This document shows positions 24,394 through 37,207 of a stretch of 64,000 bases of DNA, in pieces. The notes under the pieces were generated by a model, which was not told the origin of the DNA, did no database searches, and saw only the letters and a program-made list of their open reading frames with translations. The stretch covers positions 2,604,001-2,668,000 of the forward strand of contig MU058221.1 in NCBI GenBank assembly GCA_013265495.1, in the 5' to 3' direction. The stretch is from Vicugna vicugna. Lineage: Eukaryota. The translations under genes and the position numbers were made by a program. Positions within the stretch are counted from its first letter, which is position 1; each line of letters starts with the position of its first letter.

Positions 24394-26880
24394 GAAAATT
24401 TCCTTCACATACAGAAAAAAAAATGCCAAGAAATTGAACCATCTCAACAAAGAATATCCCCCAGTGAGAGGGAGAAAAAAATCACACTTATCTTTAACTT
24501 CAGAAAGTTGCAGTCTCTTTAGATGTTAATTTTAAAAGATGAGTGGTGATTATGTGATTACATGTGTATGAAGATTTCCAGTTACCCCAAAATCAGAGCG
24601 GGATAGGAGTCAGGGAAAAGGAGAGGTAGGAAGGGAAGGCATTAATATCTTCTGGGCTTATTTCTCAACCAGCTTTGAAAAGAGAAAATATGGATTCAGT
24701 AATTACGGATTCCTAAACTCTTAGAAATAGAAGGGGCCCCTAAGGTCTTCTCTCGGGGCAAAAGATCTTTCTTCAGCATCCTTAAAACCCTCTGCAACAG
24801 CCTCTGCCTTAGAGATGGGAACCTGTCCCTTCCTCAGCAGTGGGTACCATTGCTGGGCAATTTTAGTGGTTAGAGAATGGAATTCAGATCACTGATTTTG
24901 TAATTATCAACCATTGATGTTGGTTTTGTGCTGCAGAACTAATGTGTTGTTGTTTTTATTTTTTTCCCCTCTACTTCGTCTAAGTTTAAGGCACAGATAA
25001 AAGCTTCAGTAAAGAAGTTTGTTTAGAGTCCCTACAGGTAGTGACTATCATTGCATATGAATTCACGGCTTCATAAACAATTGGCTTGCTTTTCCAGAGC
25101 TCTGAGCGCTAAGAGCGGTTAGGCTTGGAAACCGAGCAGCTGTCTCGCCATGGAGATGGCTGAAATAGCCAAACCCCCTTAATCATCTGAGGGCCCCTGT
25201 TTGTAGCTGGTTATATATGAAGGTCAAAAAGCAAAGCTGAAACCCCCTGAAAGTGTTTGACATTTGTTTAGCAAGTGTCCATTCTTTCCTGGACACTTTA
25301 TCTACAATTCGATTCTACAACCTATTAATATCAAAAAGATTTTATTTTCACAGAGTAGAGTTTTGGAGTTCTGACTGTGAGTTCAAATTTCTTGCCAATA
25401 GAAATCTTGGAAGTTAGTGAACCCACATGGGCTGGTTCTGAAGCTTGTCCTTTTAATGACTGTAGTTGTTAAAGTTGATGCACTTTTGTCTCAGTTTATA
25501 GCATTTATTAAAATTCCATTAACAGGAAGAATATAAAGTAAATATCCATTAATAACATCTTGAGAGCTTCTATAATAATCAAAATAATAGCCCTCCCATT
25601 TAATACCGCCGTTTTTTCCCTTCCCTAAACCATCCATGTCTGTGCAAGACATTGAAGCATGAGTGAGATTTTGATCATAACTTTTCTAATTAATCATAGG
25701 GGGAAAAAGTCAAGGACTTTCATTTTTGTTGGGGGAGGCGGATGGATAGCCGATTGAATGCAGATCGAGAGACTAGTGCACCTGCCTGGTGTTTTCCAGG
25801 AGAAAAAGTTAGCTGGATTGTGCCCTCGTGTTCCAGGATTGGAGAAGAACCATTTGTCCTGAGGACTTTGGTGATAAGAGGGTGTCTTCCGTCGGATCCA
25901 GCCGTAACTGCTTTTCAGAAGTTTGGCTGAATAACCAGTCTCAGCACTTCCTCTCTCATCCCATGGTTTCTTGGTAGCGCATGAATCCTGTTAACTCTAA
26001 GCTGAGAAACTTCTGTATCTTTATGTGATTCCTTCAATTTCAGTGAGGACCAAGCTGTCTTAAATAGCTACAGGTGGAGTCGCAGCTGCCTAAAGGGGCC
26101 GACCGAGAAGGTGATGAGCACCTGTGGTCGAAGCAAGCTGAGGGGTCCTGGCAGCTGGACCCAGGATAGGGGGGCGCAGGGGCACGGGGGCAGGAAGAAG
26201 TCAGCAGTGAAGGCTTGAAATGTGAAGGCTTAGATCAGTGTGGTCCTGTATCTGTAGACGCCACCATCACCAGTGGCAACTGGATTACCCGTGACTGATC
26301 CACTTTCATTGCGTCCATGTGTCACCATAGCAACCAGCTTGCCCGGGGCTCTCGACGTGTGTTCCCTGTGTTTTTGGCCAGTCTCTGGAAGTACATGCAA
26401 TACTTTGGCCAAATTAGGAAGAAATATCAGAATTTGGAGTCTAGGCTGTATCAAGATTGACTAGAGACCCTCTTAATCCACAGAATTTTTTAGGAAAAGT
26501 CAGCAGCTTCCACTCTTACACCTAACCCTTCCTCCTTGTTCTTTGCCTCAAAGCTTCTCCTAGAGAGGGACTTGCTTCGACACCACTGGGATAACCTTTG
26601 TTTTCTAGTGGAGTGTGAGGCAAAGAGAATAAAAGTCAACTTGGTCAAACATTAGCAGTCAGCCTGGCCCCGGGGGGGCTCTTGGGGCTATCTCCAGCCT
26701 CCTCAGGTCTCTTCTTGAGCGGGTAGCTGCTGGGTACCGCGGATACTCAGTTTTAAGTGAATAGTGGGTGAGTGGAGCTTGAAAAACAGCCAGGGGATTG
26801 CAGCGGCGAAGCAACAGAGCAACACGGACAGAGTGACAAGGCCACAAGACTTAAAAATCCACAGATGAAACCATGTTAAA

Positions 26881-27058
26881 CAGGTGCCTGCGAACCTTTG
26901 GTCCAAATCTGGACTTCCGCCTGTTTACGTAGTAAGTTGTATTGTCGGCTTTTGCTGGACAAAAGCAGAGCCGAGTGGCTGTGGCAGAGCTCAACTGGCT
27001 GCAAAAGATTCTGATATATACTGTCTGGCCCTTTGGAGGAAAACTAGGCCAGGTCATG
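26881..27058. mobile_element. MER58A-like hAT DNA transposon
   Basis: ccaaatctggacttccgcctgttt...tatatactgtctggccctttggaggaaaa matches MER58A architecture. Confidence 0.75.
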
Positions 27059-29401
27059 CTCTAGAAGTATGAGTCTGCTCGAGATAAAACAAATGTGGAA
27101 TAAGAGTCCAGATTCCCTGAAAAAGTGAGGGACCTTAAACCTGGCCGTCTCCTGCATGTCCCGTACACAGTCATAGCAGCGGTCATATTACGGGATTCCC
27201 ACAAACTTGGAAATGTGGAGTCATCATGAGGCCTCTGTCTGAAGTGAAGCCCCTCGAGGGAAGAATTCAGCAGCTGGTGGAAACGCAGCGCTGTGCAGTA
27301 GTTACAGACAGGAAGGGAAGAGGTACAGCACATGGGGGTGGCCGGACCCCCGGAGAGAGATGTTAGCTTAGAGGTGCATGGTTATCTGTCACTGTGATAC
27401 AGCAGGGGGGCACAGAGAAATGTTTTCCGTTTTAGAAAATGTGATGTGGTCTGTAAGGGACCACAAATAATCAGACGCGTTGGAGGTTCATTTATAAGTG
27501 ATAACTGTAGCAACAAGTGGGTGCCCCTCATCCATCCTCCTTACCTGGCAGCATCTTCTTCCCCTAAGTTTCTCGTCCTGCTCAAGTGACTTGAAGTGTC
27601 ACTCATCTGACACCTGGAGTGGGGACTGGGAAGTTTGGGGTGGGGTCCTCCCAGAGGCTCTTGTGTTTACACTGGGGATTCTTCTGAGACCCACTGGACT
27701 TGTGTTGTGGTGTGGAATGGCCAGAAATATGCAAGTACAGGGCCAGATGACTCTACCTGTGCAAATCCTGCCCCACTGTGACAGGTGTGTAGATGGACCC
27801 CACCAGAAAGAAAGATGGTTTTAGGAGCTGTTCCCTTCTGTATGTTCCTCTTTATGCGCTTTTTATAGGTTTCTACTGTCAGCCTTCTGTGAAGCCCATT
27901 CGTTCAGTGGTCTGTCCCAGTGGCTGGTGCAGTGGGCGGGAGGTGGAGGGGCAGGGCAGTGTCAGATCTTTCTCTGAACGGTTTTCACTGGCTTCCTAAG
28001 GGTCCTTGCCGGAGTTAACTTCTCCGGCACAACTCTTGAGTCACACCTGCTGTCCATGCAATGCCAGTTAATCCGTGGCAGATGATAAATCCTCAGAACG
28101 AGGTACCCAGGTAACTAAACTGAGATCCCCTTGTGTGGTGAGCAGTGCCCGAGGGGACAGAATGCTGGGGGTGAGTGGTCGACTAGGTGTGGGAGTGAAG
28201 GGTGGAAGGAAAGATGATTGTGGTCCAATTGGGATCTGTGAATTTGAGCAGCCAGATTGCTAAACACACGCACCTCAAGCAAAATAACACTATCCTTGGG
28301 TCCCGAAGACCTGACTCTGTCATTTGGGCAGCCAGCGGGCCCTCCCTTTCCTCATCTGTGTAACAAAGAAAATGCTGCTTCATCTCCAAACCACACCTTT
28401 CCCGCCACCGTCACACTGCAAGGAAGGCGTGATGAAGCAATGTCTGGGACGGTTGTCTGCAAGCTGTGAAGACCGACACGCACAGGGCCAACAGTAAGGG
28501 CAGTGAGCCGCCGGAAACTGAGGAGGCCTTCCGGACACAGAGACGAATCGGTCCGGGTTAAGGGCTCGGAGCCAGGTGGTCACCCTAGACGTGTCTTTTC
28601 CCCCTTCCCCTGCGCTACCTAAAATTCCGCCCTTTTGAAAAGCCAAATCTTCTGGGCCAGCTGGGAATTTGGAAGTACGTCTGTTCCGATGGAGAGCTGG
28701 GGGAGTCCTGAGAGACCTTTCTAAGTGGGAAGAAGTCTTTAGTAATATGACGTGAAGGGAGTGTAACAGATGTGGACTTCTCTGGAGGGTTCCCTGGGCC
28801 TGCCTCTCACTCACTGAGCAGGAGGGACGCGTGCCGGCCGCTACGCAGCGTCATTACGCGGCCAGTCAGTCACGTGCGGTCAAGTTCATCACTGCAGCTT
28901 TTTCAGCAACTGGAATCCACCCAGTAGAGGACTTCCCAGCGGTGAATGAGAGCGGATGGTCTGTCTTACTCACCTGTGTCCCTGATCAAACCCAGCGCTT
29001 GGTACACCGGGAACTCCTCAGATGCTAGCGGAGGGAGGGAGGGCGTGAACACCGGTTACTAAGCAGGGAGAGTGGAACAAAGTCGTAAAAAGATAAAGCA
29101 TATTTTCCCTCTCTGTGAACTACTTCCATTCTTGCAATAAGGTCCTTGCCTCCTTTGAGCTGGCTGCATTACTACCGACCCCATTTTATTTTTTTGTGCT
29201 TTCAATCACATCTCTTTTCTTTGGCCTAACATTTAAATGTCTTTAATACTAACGCAGCATTTGTGTAGATTTTTCTTTGTGGGTCCTTTTTCTCCCCTGT
29301 GAAATCAAGAAGATTTTGAAATGCGCAATGGAAGACAAATAATTAAGGGACCTGTATTACTTTTACAAGAATGAAGTTCTAGAGTCAAGAATGTTAATGG
29401 G

Positions 29402-29526
29402 AGTAACCTATAATGAAAAAAAAAAAGAAAAGGAATATATGTGTGCGCATATATGACTGAGACGTGATGCTGTGTACCAGAAATTGACACAGCATTGTAA
29501 ACTGACTACATGTCAATAATAAAGAA
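29402..29526 (+). mobile_element. Young short L1 3' end nested in an older L1
   Basis: Flanked by aagaatgttaatggg / aagaatgtataatggg. Confidence 0.8.
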
Positions 29527-31025
29527 AAGAATGTATAATGGGGAAAGCATAGTTTCTTTAATAAATGGTGTTAGGAAAACTGAATATCCACATGCAGAAG
29601 AATGACATGGGACTCCTATCCCACGCTGTACACAAAAACCAAGTCAAAGTGGATTAAAGACTTGAACGTAAGACCTGAAACCATGGTTACCTTGGCAGTG
29701 TTCTCAGCAGTGAGTTTTTGGATTTGACACCAAAAGCAAAGGCAGCAAAAGCAAAAACAAACAAAGAAAGAAGTAGGATTATATGAAACTAAAAGCTTCT
29801 GCACAGCACAGGGGACAACCCACAGGATGACAAAGCAGCTCATGGAATGTGAGAAAATATTTGCAAATCATACATCTGATAAGAGGCTAATACCCAGAAT
29901 AGCCAAGGAACTCATACAACTCAGCAGCAAAAAAGAAGATAGGAAGGAAAGAAGGAAGGAAGGAAGGAAGGAAGGAAGGAAGGAAGGAAGGAAGGAAGGA
30001 AGGAAGGAAGGAAGGAAGGGTTCAATTAAAAAATGGGCAGAGAACCCAAATAGCCATTTCTCTACCGAAGACGTACAGATGGTCAACAGGTACATGAAAA
30101 CATGCTCAGCATCACTAATCATCAGGAAAATACAAATCAAACCACAGTGAGATATCACCTCACACCTGTTAGGATGGCTGTTAACAAAAAGACAAAAGAG
30201 AACATGTGTGGGTGTGGTCATGGAGAAAAGAAAGCCCTCATGCACTGTTGGTGGGACTGTAAACTGGTGCAGCCACGCTGGAGAACAGTATGAAAGTTCC
30301 TCAAAAAATTAAAACTAGATCTACCATATGATCCAGATATTCCACTTCTGGGAATGTGTCTGAAGGAAATGAAAACAGGCTATCAAAGAAATACCTGACC
30401 TCCCATGTCCGGGCATCATTATTGACAATAGTCAAGATACGGAAGCAACCTAAGTGCCCGTCAACAGATGGATGGATAAAGAAGATGTGAGGTATCTGTG
30501 AAATAAATCCACACACACACAAGGGAATACTATTCAGCCTTGAGGAAGAAGGAAATGTTGCCATTTGTAACAACATGGGTGAGTTTTGAGGGCGTTACGC
30601 TAGGTGACATAAGCCAAACAGAAAAAGGCAAATACGCAGGTTATCACTTATATGTGGAATCTCAAAAAAATAAAAGTCAAACTTCAAACAAAAACAGAGA
30701 GTAGAAAAGTGGTTGCAACGGGCTGAGGGTGGGCGAGCTCAGTAAAGGGTGCAGACCTTCAGCTGTGAGATGCATGAGGTCTGAGGACCCCATGGGAAAC
30801 ATAGTGACCATAGGTGATAGCACTGCATTGCAGCACCGAAGTCTGCTGAGAGAGTGGAACTTGAAGTTCTCACCAATAATAATAATAATGATAAAGTTTA
30901 GTGATGGATCTGTTAATTAACTAAAAGGGAGCAAATCCTTTCACAATGTATATCAAGTCACCACGATGTACACTTTAAATACCTTACAATTTTATTTCAA
31001 TCTCAATTTTATCTCAGTAAAACTG
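29527..31025 (+). mobile_element. Older LINE-1: ORF2 C-terminal remnant plus 3' UTR
   Basis: Translates to L1 ORF2-like IKKWAENPNSHFSTEDVQMVNRYMKTCSASLIIR and RYHLTPVRMA, with frameshifts. Confidence 0.92.
29941..30019. repeat. (GGAA)n microsatellite inside L1
   Basis: Near-perfect tetranucleotide array of about 19 units. Confidence 0.95.
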
Positions 31026-32590
31026 AAACGAGGAAGAATGAATTTTCATCCATTGAAAAGGATCACAGAGGTATCCTTTGACTGGTTAGATTAAAATCAG
31101 ACACGTGACCTTCCGACCTTCAGAGACTCACCCCAGTTTAAGCTTCTGTGGTTCTGGCTGGCTGGGAAGAGCCATGTTTTGTTGAACTGTCTTTTTCAGG
31201 GAACTGTTTCATATTCATCGTGTGGTTGCAGATTTTCAGACTTTGTTACAAAACGCTTCTGCAGGATCTGAGTGAAGCTGGCTCAGTTCACATCACACGC
31301 TTCTTATGTCCCACGCCCTGGGCAGACCGTTTCTGGTCATTTTTGAGACAGTTCATTCTTCTTAAGTTTGTAAGTTAAAATATACCTCTCCTTTGATCAC
31401 TCTGCCTTCCTATGAAATAAAGAAGTATATTGTTTAGAATCGTCATGATCCCTTGACTGTACCCCTTTGCCTTGCTGAGGAAAATGTACTTATTTACATT
31501 GATGAATAGCCTTAATTGGGGAAAATAGACTGGTAGTGCTAAGCTAATACCTTCAAATGTCTTGTCCTACGCAATTAATACTCCCTTGTCACACATACAT
31601 TTCAACAGTTGGAGGAAAGCCTTGTGTTCTTGACTCCTGTCAGACTTAACGAATGATTTTGTCAAGTCATTCCTTTCTGCCCTGCTTGATTGATGGCTAA
31701 ATTTTAGTCTTCCAGCTTATGTAAAAAGTGTTAACTATGCCTTTCAGCTTGTAGGCAAGGGCATTTAAACCATTCTAATAGTCAATTTACAGAGGAATTA
31801 CATCGCCTGTTTACTGGAGGGGTCAAAAAAATGTGCCCCTATCCATCAGGGACACAAATCACAGGGCCCATGAGCTAATGAAGGCAGCATTTATGAGTCC
31901 CTGCACTTGCTGGATGGTACCAAGTTCAAGGTGTCCCTGTCCTGGCTGCTTAGGACTCTGACTCTCAATTTTGGATGTGCCTGAGCTCATGGACTGTGGA
32001 TAGGTAGATAGATTTAGGGTGAATATGGTTTGATCCTAAAGCTCTTAAGAATGAGGAAAAAAACTAGAATGCTAGACTGTCACACACTTCATCTGCACCT
32101 TTCAAAGATCTCTCTGTCATAAGGCATGTCCTCTCTAACCTCTGTCACCCCCTGGCTCACAGGTTCTCAAACATGCCATAATTACCAATTCAAGATGGAA
32201 GAAGGTGGGAAGTGGGTCCCGGTTATCTCTGGGAGGGGTCTCACCTCCACTGGCTTGAGCCTTTGTTGAAAGTCTCACAACTTACTGTTCTAAAACACTT
32301 TGACCAACAAGTTATAATAAGATAGTTACATAAAAGCAAGTATAACCCATTGATACGTTTTTGCAGAAGACACATCTTGACCCATGAGTCCTCCATTTTG
32401 TTTTAAGACTCCTAAAACCCCAGGAAGTCACAGAGTCTCATAGTTTCAGCTCCTAGGAGGAGGGTTCACTAGGATTCAACATCACTTCTGTCTCTGGAGG
32501 GACAACTGATTCCCTCAGAAATTTATTTAGACAGCATTTCCCTCAAAAGATGGTTTAGTGACCACAGAAAGGCATTCTAATTCAACACGC

Positions 32591-33048
32591 ATATTATCAG
32601 TTATCTGTTGTTACAACAGCGCAGTGTAACATCCCAGCGACATGCAGTAGTAACACCTGTTGCTCGCTGGTCGGGGGTGGTCCCCTTGGGCAGGCCCTCT
32701 CATGTGCACGGGCTCAGGTGCTCTTGACTGTCCTAAGATGGCCTTGTTGGGGGTGACTGAGGTGATTTAGTTCTGTTCCACATTTGCCTCCCTCTTCCTG
32801 GGACAAGCAGTCTAACCTGGGCATGTCCTTCTCATAAGAATGGCAGAGAACTAAACCAAGCAAGCCCAGGGGTGACGGGGCCCTTCACACGCCTGCAGGC
32901 ATCGTGGTGGCCAACATCCGTTGACCCTAAGCATGCCACACGGCCCATCCTAAAGCCAGAAAGGGCAGGCAATACAGTTATATGGCGGTGGGCTTGGACA
33001 CGAAGAGAGGTGAAGAATGGGGTCGTTCGTGTAACAAATCTACTCCAA
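32591..33048 (-). mobile_element. MLT1 (H-like) MaLR LTR
   Basis: tattatcagttatctgttg start; gggcatgtccttctcat...ggcagag; gaggtgaagaatgggg end motif. Confidence 0.7.
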
Positions 33049-34869
33049 TTACCTAAATTTGCCTCAGTGCTTTTTACTCCATCAGCAGGTTGGGTACCAA
33101 CTTTTATCTTGACAGCATCAGCACGCCTGGAGGAAAAATCTGGAGGGCAAGGACTGTTTATCTGGCTAAGCTAAACCATCACATGTTTGCTGTTTGGGGC
33201 CATGTACATTGGTGTTTCTAGTGACAGCTGTGCTTTGAATTGATCCAGCAGAGCCTGAACTGGGGAGAGGGGTGGTGTATGGAGCAAAGCATGAAGCCTG
33301 ATGAACTGCTCTTTTTCTTTTCTCTTTCTTGTCTTTTTAGAAGTAATTGGTTCCATTAAGTAAAGAAGCTAGTATCCCAATTAAAATGATTTTGCTTCAG
33401 AGAAGGTAGTCAGCGCCATCCAGATAATGAATAGAATAGCCAAAGACTTTTGTGTGTTTCTTATAAAGAAAACAAAATAAAGCAAAAACAGTGATTATCC
33501 TCTTACTGCACAAGCTTCATAGATACGGCTCTGCTCCCCGCCATCTGCCCCCACCCCCAGCCCAAACTATGAGCAGTGCTGTCATTAACAGCAGACTCTC
33601 TGCATTGCCGGCACCTTAGCTTATTAAAGTGGCTTTGGCTGGATTCCTGCACTGACTGATTACCTTAATTGACCTTCCGACTGGCTGAAATTTGCCTGAC
33701 TTAATGAGGCTCAATTCTTGTCAAGCCCTCTAGGCTAGATGGCTCCTGGCCCAGACACTTTGTTGCTTAGATTTTTCATTTTTAATAACAATTACACCCC
33801 AAAGCGTAAGGAAATATGGTAAGAAATGTCAGTAACTGTGAAGAGCCTGGAGCAGCTGTCTCCATGGAAAGATGAAAGGTTCAAAGTTTTGAGCCTGGTT
33901 TAAAATTACCCTCTACCCTGAATTTGACCTTGATTGGTGTGTCTTACGTCACTGAAGCAAAGAAGTTAGCACTGTTATCCTTAACAGGATTTTTCTAAAC
34001 ATCTGTCTAAATGAAAAGGCATGTTAGCTGGTCAGCCATTTGCTAAACACCATCAACCCAGCCTAGACTTGGGTGTTAACTTCTGTTTCCGAAAATCAAG
34101 ATGGTGCTGAATTGCTCGGCCGCACAGAGATAATTTTGCCTACAGACCAGCATGCAAAAACACTTAAATTGCAGGTAACGTTCAGCAGAGAGAGAAAGCT
34201 TTCCTCCTGCAGGAGAAATAGGATTGACCATTGGTAGCTACCGGGAACACCGTGCTGAGAAGGATCAATCATGCCTGGTGTGGGCACAGACGGGACGTGT
34301 TGTCAGGTGCACGCCATTGCTGTCATAGTCCACAGTTTCTAATCTTGTCCCTTATAAGCAACCCTTCAACTTTATTGTTTCCTGATAAATATATCTATTT
34401 TTTTTAACCTTCCACCCATACTTGAATACCTAGATTATTGTTTTACTAGATCCATTAGTTATTCGCCATTTTCTGTTTTGGGGCCAGCATCTGAATTCCT
34501 CTCCTGCCTTTAGGGAATTCCTCATTATGTGAATTTTGGTCTAAGAAACTAAAATGGCCAGAACAGTTGTTTCTACAAAACACTTTCCCCTCCACACCTT
34601 CCTCCTTCACCCTTGCAGCTAGATTTTGACACATGACCCTGACATTGGATCTGTGTTTCACCTAGTTAAAAATCCAGTGCATTTGCCTGACTTTGAATCA
34701 AAAGTTAATGACGTGAAGACACAGTGTCCTGACATTTCTGAGCTATTCTTAACGATAATAGGAGAAGTTCCTTCTTTGAACTAATAGAAGTTTTCTGCTT
34801 AAACCTTCCAGAATTAGTTTCCAATGCTTGCAGCTAAGAACTTGACCGATGTAGTAGGGCGTCCAGGAC

Positions 34870-35032
34870 ACTGCTCTTTAAACTTCATTGTTTGTTGGAA
34901 TCACCTAGGCACTGGATGAAAATGCAGATTCTGACTGAAACGGAGGGCTGGGATGGGGCCCGGGTTTTGCTTTTCTAACAAGCTCCCAGAAAACGACAGA
35001 GAGGCTGGCCTGTGGTCCACCTTTGAAGTAGG
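34870..35032. mobile_element. MER5A-like DNA transposon
   Basis: ggaatcacctagg...aaaatgcagattctgact...ttctaacaagctcccag. Confidence 0.8.
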
Positions 35033-35193
35033 AAGGATGTGGAGGAGGAAAGGCAGCCTGAGACTCAGAAGGCAAAATTCGTGGGAAAAAAAGAGAACTC
35101 TGTTTCAACGTGTTTTAGTTAGGTTAGGGCAGACCGACAGCTATAACTAATAAGCTTCAAGGTGTGCAATAGTTCCAACAAACTAGAATTGTA

Positions 35194-35755
35194 TTTTTTT
35201 AATTGCAGTATAGTCAGTTTACAGTGTGTCAGTTTCTGGTGTACAGCGTCGTGTTTCAGTCGTGCATATACATACATGTATTCGTTTTCGTATTCTTTTT
35301 CATCATAGGTGACAACAAGATATTGAATATATAGTTCCCGATGCTATACAGAAGAAACTTATTGTTTATCTATTTTATATATACTAGTTAATACTTGCAA
35401 ATCTTGAACTCCCAATTTATGCCTTCCCACCCCCTTTCGTCTCGGTAACTATAAGATTATATAACTATATTTGATTCTGTTTCTGTTTTGTAGATAAGTT
35501 CATTAGTGTCTTCTTTTTTCTTTTTTTAGATTCCACATATGATGATATAATATGATATTTTTCTTTCTCTTTCTGGCTTACTTAAGTTAGAATGATGATC
35601 TCCAAGTCCATCCGTGTTGCTGCAAATGGCATTATTTTATTCTTTTTTGTGGCTGAGTAGTATTCCATTGTATAAATATACCACAGCTTCTTTATTCAGT
35701 TCTCTGTCATTGGAGATTTGAGTTGTTTCCATGTCTTGATTACTGTATATAGTGC
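35194..35755 (-). mobile_element. LINE-1 3' end
   Basis: Poly-T, 3' UTR, and tccatccgtgttgctgcaaatggcattattttattc. Confidence 0.92.
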
Positions 35756-35940
35756 AGGCAAGTTATTTAACTTTTTCAACTCCCATTTTCTTCATTTGGA
35801 AAACTGAGATAAGAAGCCTCCCTGTCTTGCAGTGTGGTTGTGGGGATTAAGTGACATAATATTTAAAGATCTTGGTGGATCTTAGCTATCTGTCACATCG
35901 TATAGATGCAGAATATATGTGCTCAGCAATAAAAATAGTA
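35756..35940 (+). mobile_element. MIR SINE
   Basis: ggcaagttatttaac...tttcttcatttggaaaactgagataa...gtgctcagcaata. Confidence 0.7.
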
Positions 35941-37054
35941 TTCCTGCAAAGAAATTTAACACACCTGGCTAAATGAATAACTAATTAAGGTAAATTTTCC
36001 ATAGGCTTTGTTATATTTTATATGGTGAAATGTCTAACTGAGCCCAGATTTAAGTCAAACGAAGTTACATCTACACACGTGCACACCTTATGGTAACTAG
36101 TGCAAAAAGGAACTGAGATTTGTGCGAAGTTCTCCTTCCTCTGACCAATGATAAACGTGTATGTATCACCCTATCAAACCTTTGGCCTGAGCACTCCTGA
36201 ATGGGAATATTTGTTTGGGAAATATGCACATTGTTCATCATCTTCTCTTGCGTTTGTCTGTGTTGGGCGTGTGTTCTCCCTGCATACGTTCTGACAATTA
36301 TGAGCGAAGCAGCACTAAGGTGACTGTTGGGTGCAGTTTCGTTTCCTTTTCCTGCCGCTGCCCTGCTTCCCACTTGAACAGTGTAGGGACGATGTGTCAT
36401 TATGCATTGTTAGAGATTTGAGTGTGTTTATTCCTGCTTACCTTGAAGAACAAGCCTCAGGACTTCCTTCTGGAGCGCAGCAACTGTATCATCGCATCAC
36501 CTGGGCGGACACATTTTTGAGACTGTTAGCTGTTTCATGTTTCCACCTCCATCAGGTACAAATAATGTTTCTAGAAAGGGCAGGAGACTGCACAGCAGCA
36601 AGTTCTGCATCTCAAGTTCTCCCCACCTGCTGATTGACGTCTAGATTTCTCCTTTTTTTTTTTTAAGAGATTGAGTTCTTGAAGTGAATCATGATCTGAA
36701 ACCCAAAGGGAGACATTTGGGCCACTGAAGGATGAGAGCAGACCTTTGATGAGGAGAGCCTATCACGTGTTGAACTGTAGGCCGTATGTGTCACTTTTCA
36801 AGTTGGCATATAACACAGTTAACTCAGAACCATCCATCAAGCATATCTCTTTGTCTTCCTTTGATACAATAAGCAGCGGGAAAATTAATAAGAGAGTTGG
36901 AACATTACGTCTGTGGATAATGAGAGCTGGGGTTTTAGGAGAACTTTTCCCAGGCAGTGATTTAATTCACATTGCTAAATGAGAAGTACGCTCCAATAGA
37001 AAATTCCTCTCTTCCTTAATTGTGTGTGTTCTTTTTTTTTTTTTTCTCCCGTAG

Positions 37055-37207
37055 CTTCGGAAAGCAGTGATGGATCACATATCTGACTCTTTCTTGGAAA
37101 CCAACGTCCCTTTGCTAGTTCTCATTGAGGCTGCAAAGAGTGGGAATGAGAAGGAAGTGAAGGAATATGCCCAGGTTTTCCGGGAGCACGCCAACAAGCT
37201 GGTGGAG
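37055..37207 (+). CDS. CTNNA2: Alpha-N-catenin internal coding exon (exon 9 equivalent, 153 nt)
   Basis: Long T tract plus ctcccgtag acceptor, donor GAG|gtaagt. Translates LRKAVMDHISDSFLETNVPLLVLIEAAKSGNEKEVKEYAQVFREHANKLVE; residues HIS, KSG and KLVE distinguish it from CTNNA1 (HVS, KNG, KLIE). Confidence 0.97.

Noticed and set aside
29827..30245. ORFs with KEGR/PSFL repeats
   Set aside because: Translation of the GGAA microsatellite within a dead L1 ORF2.
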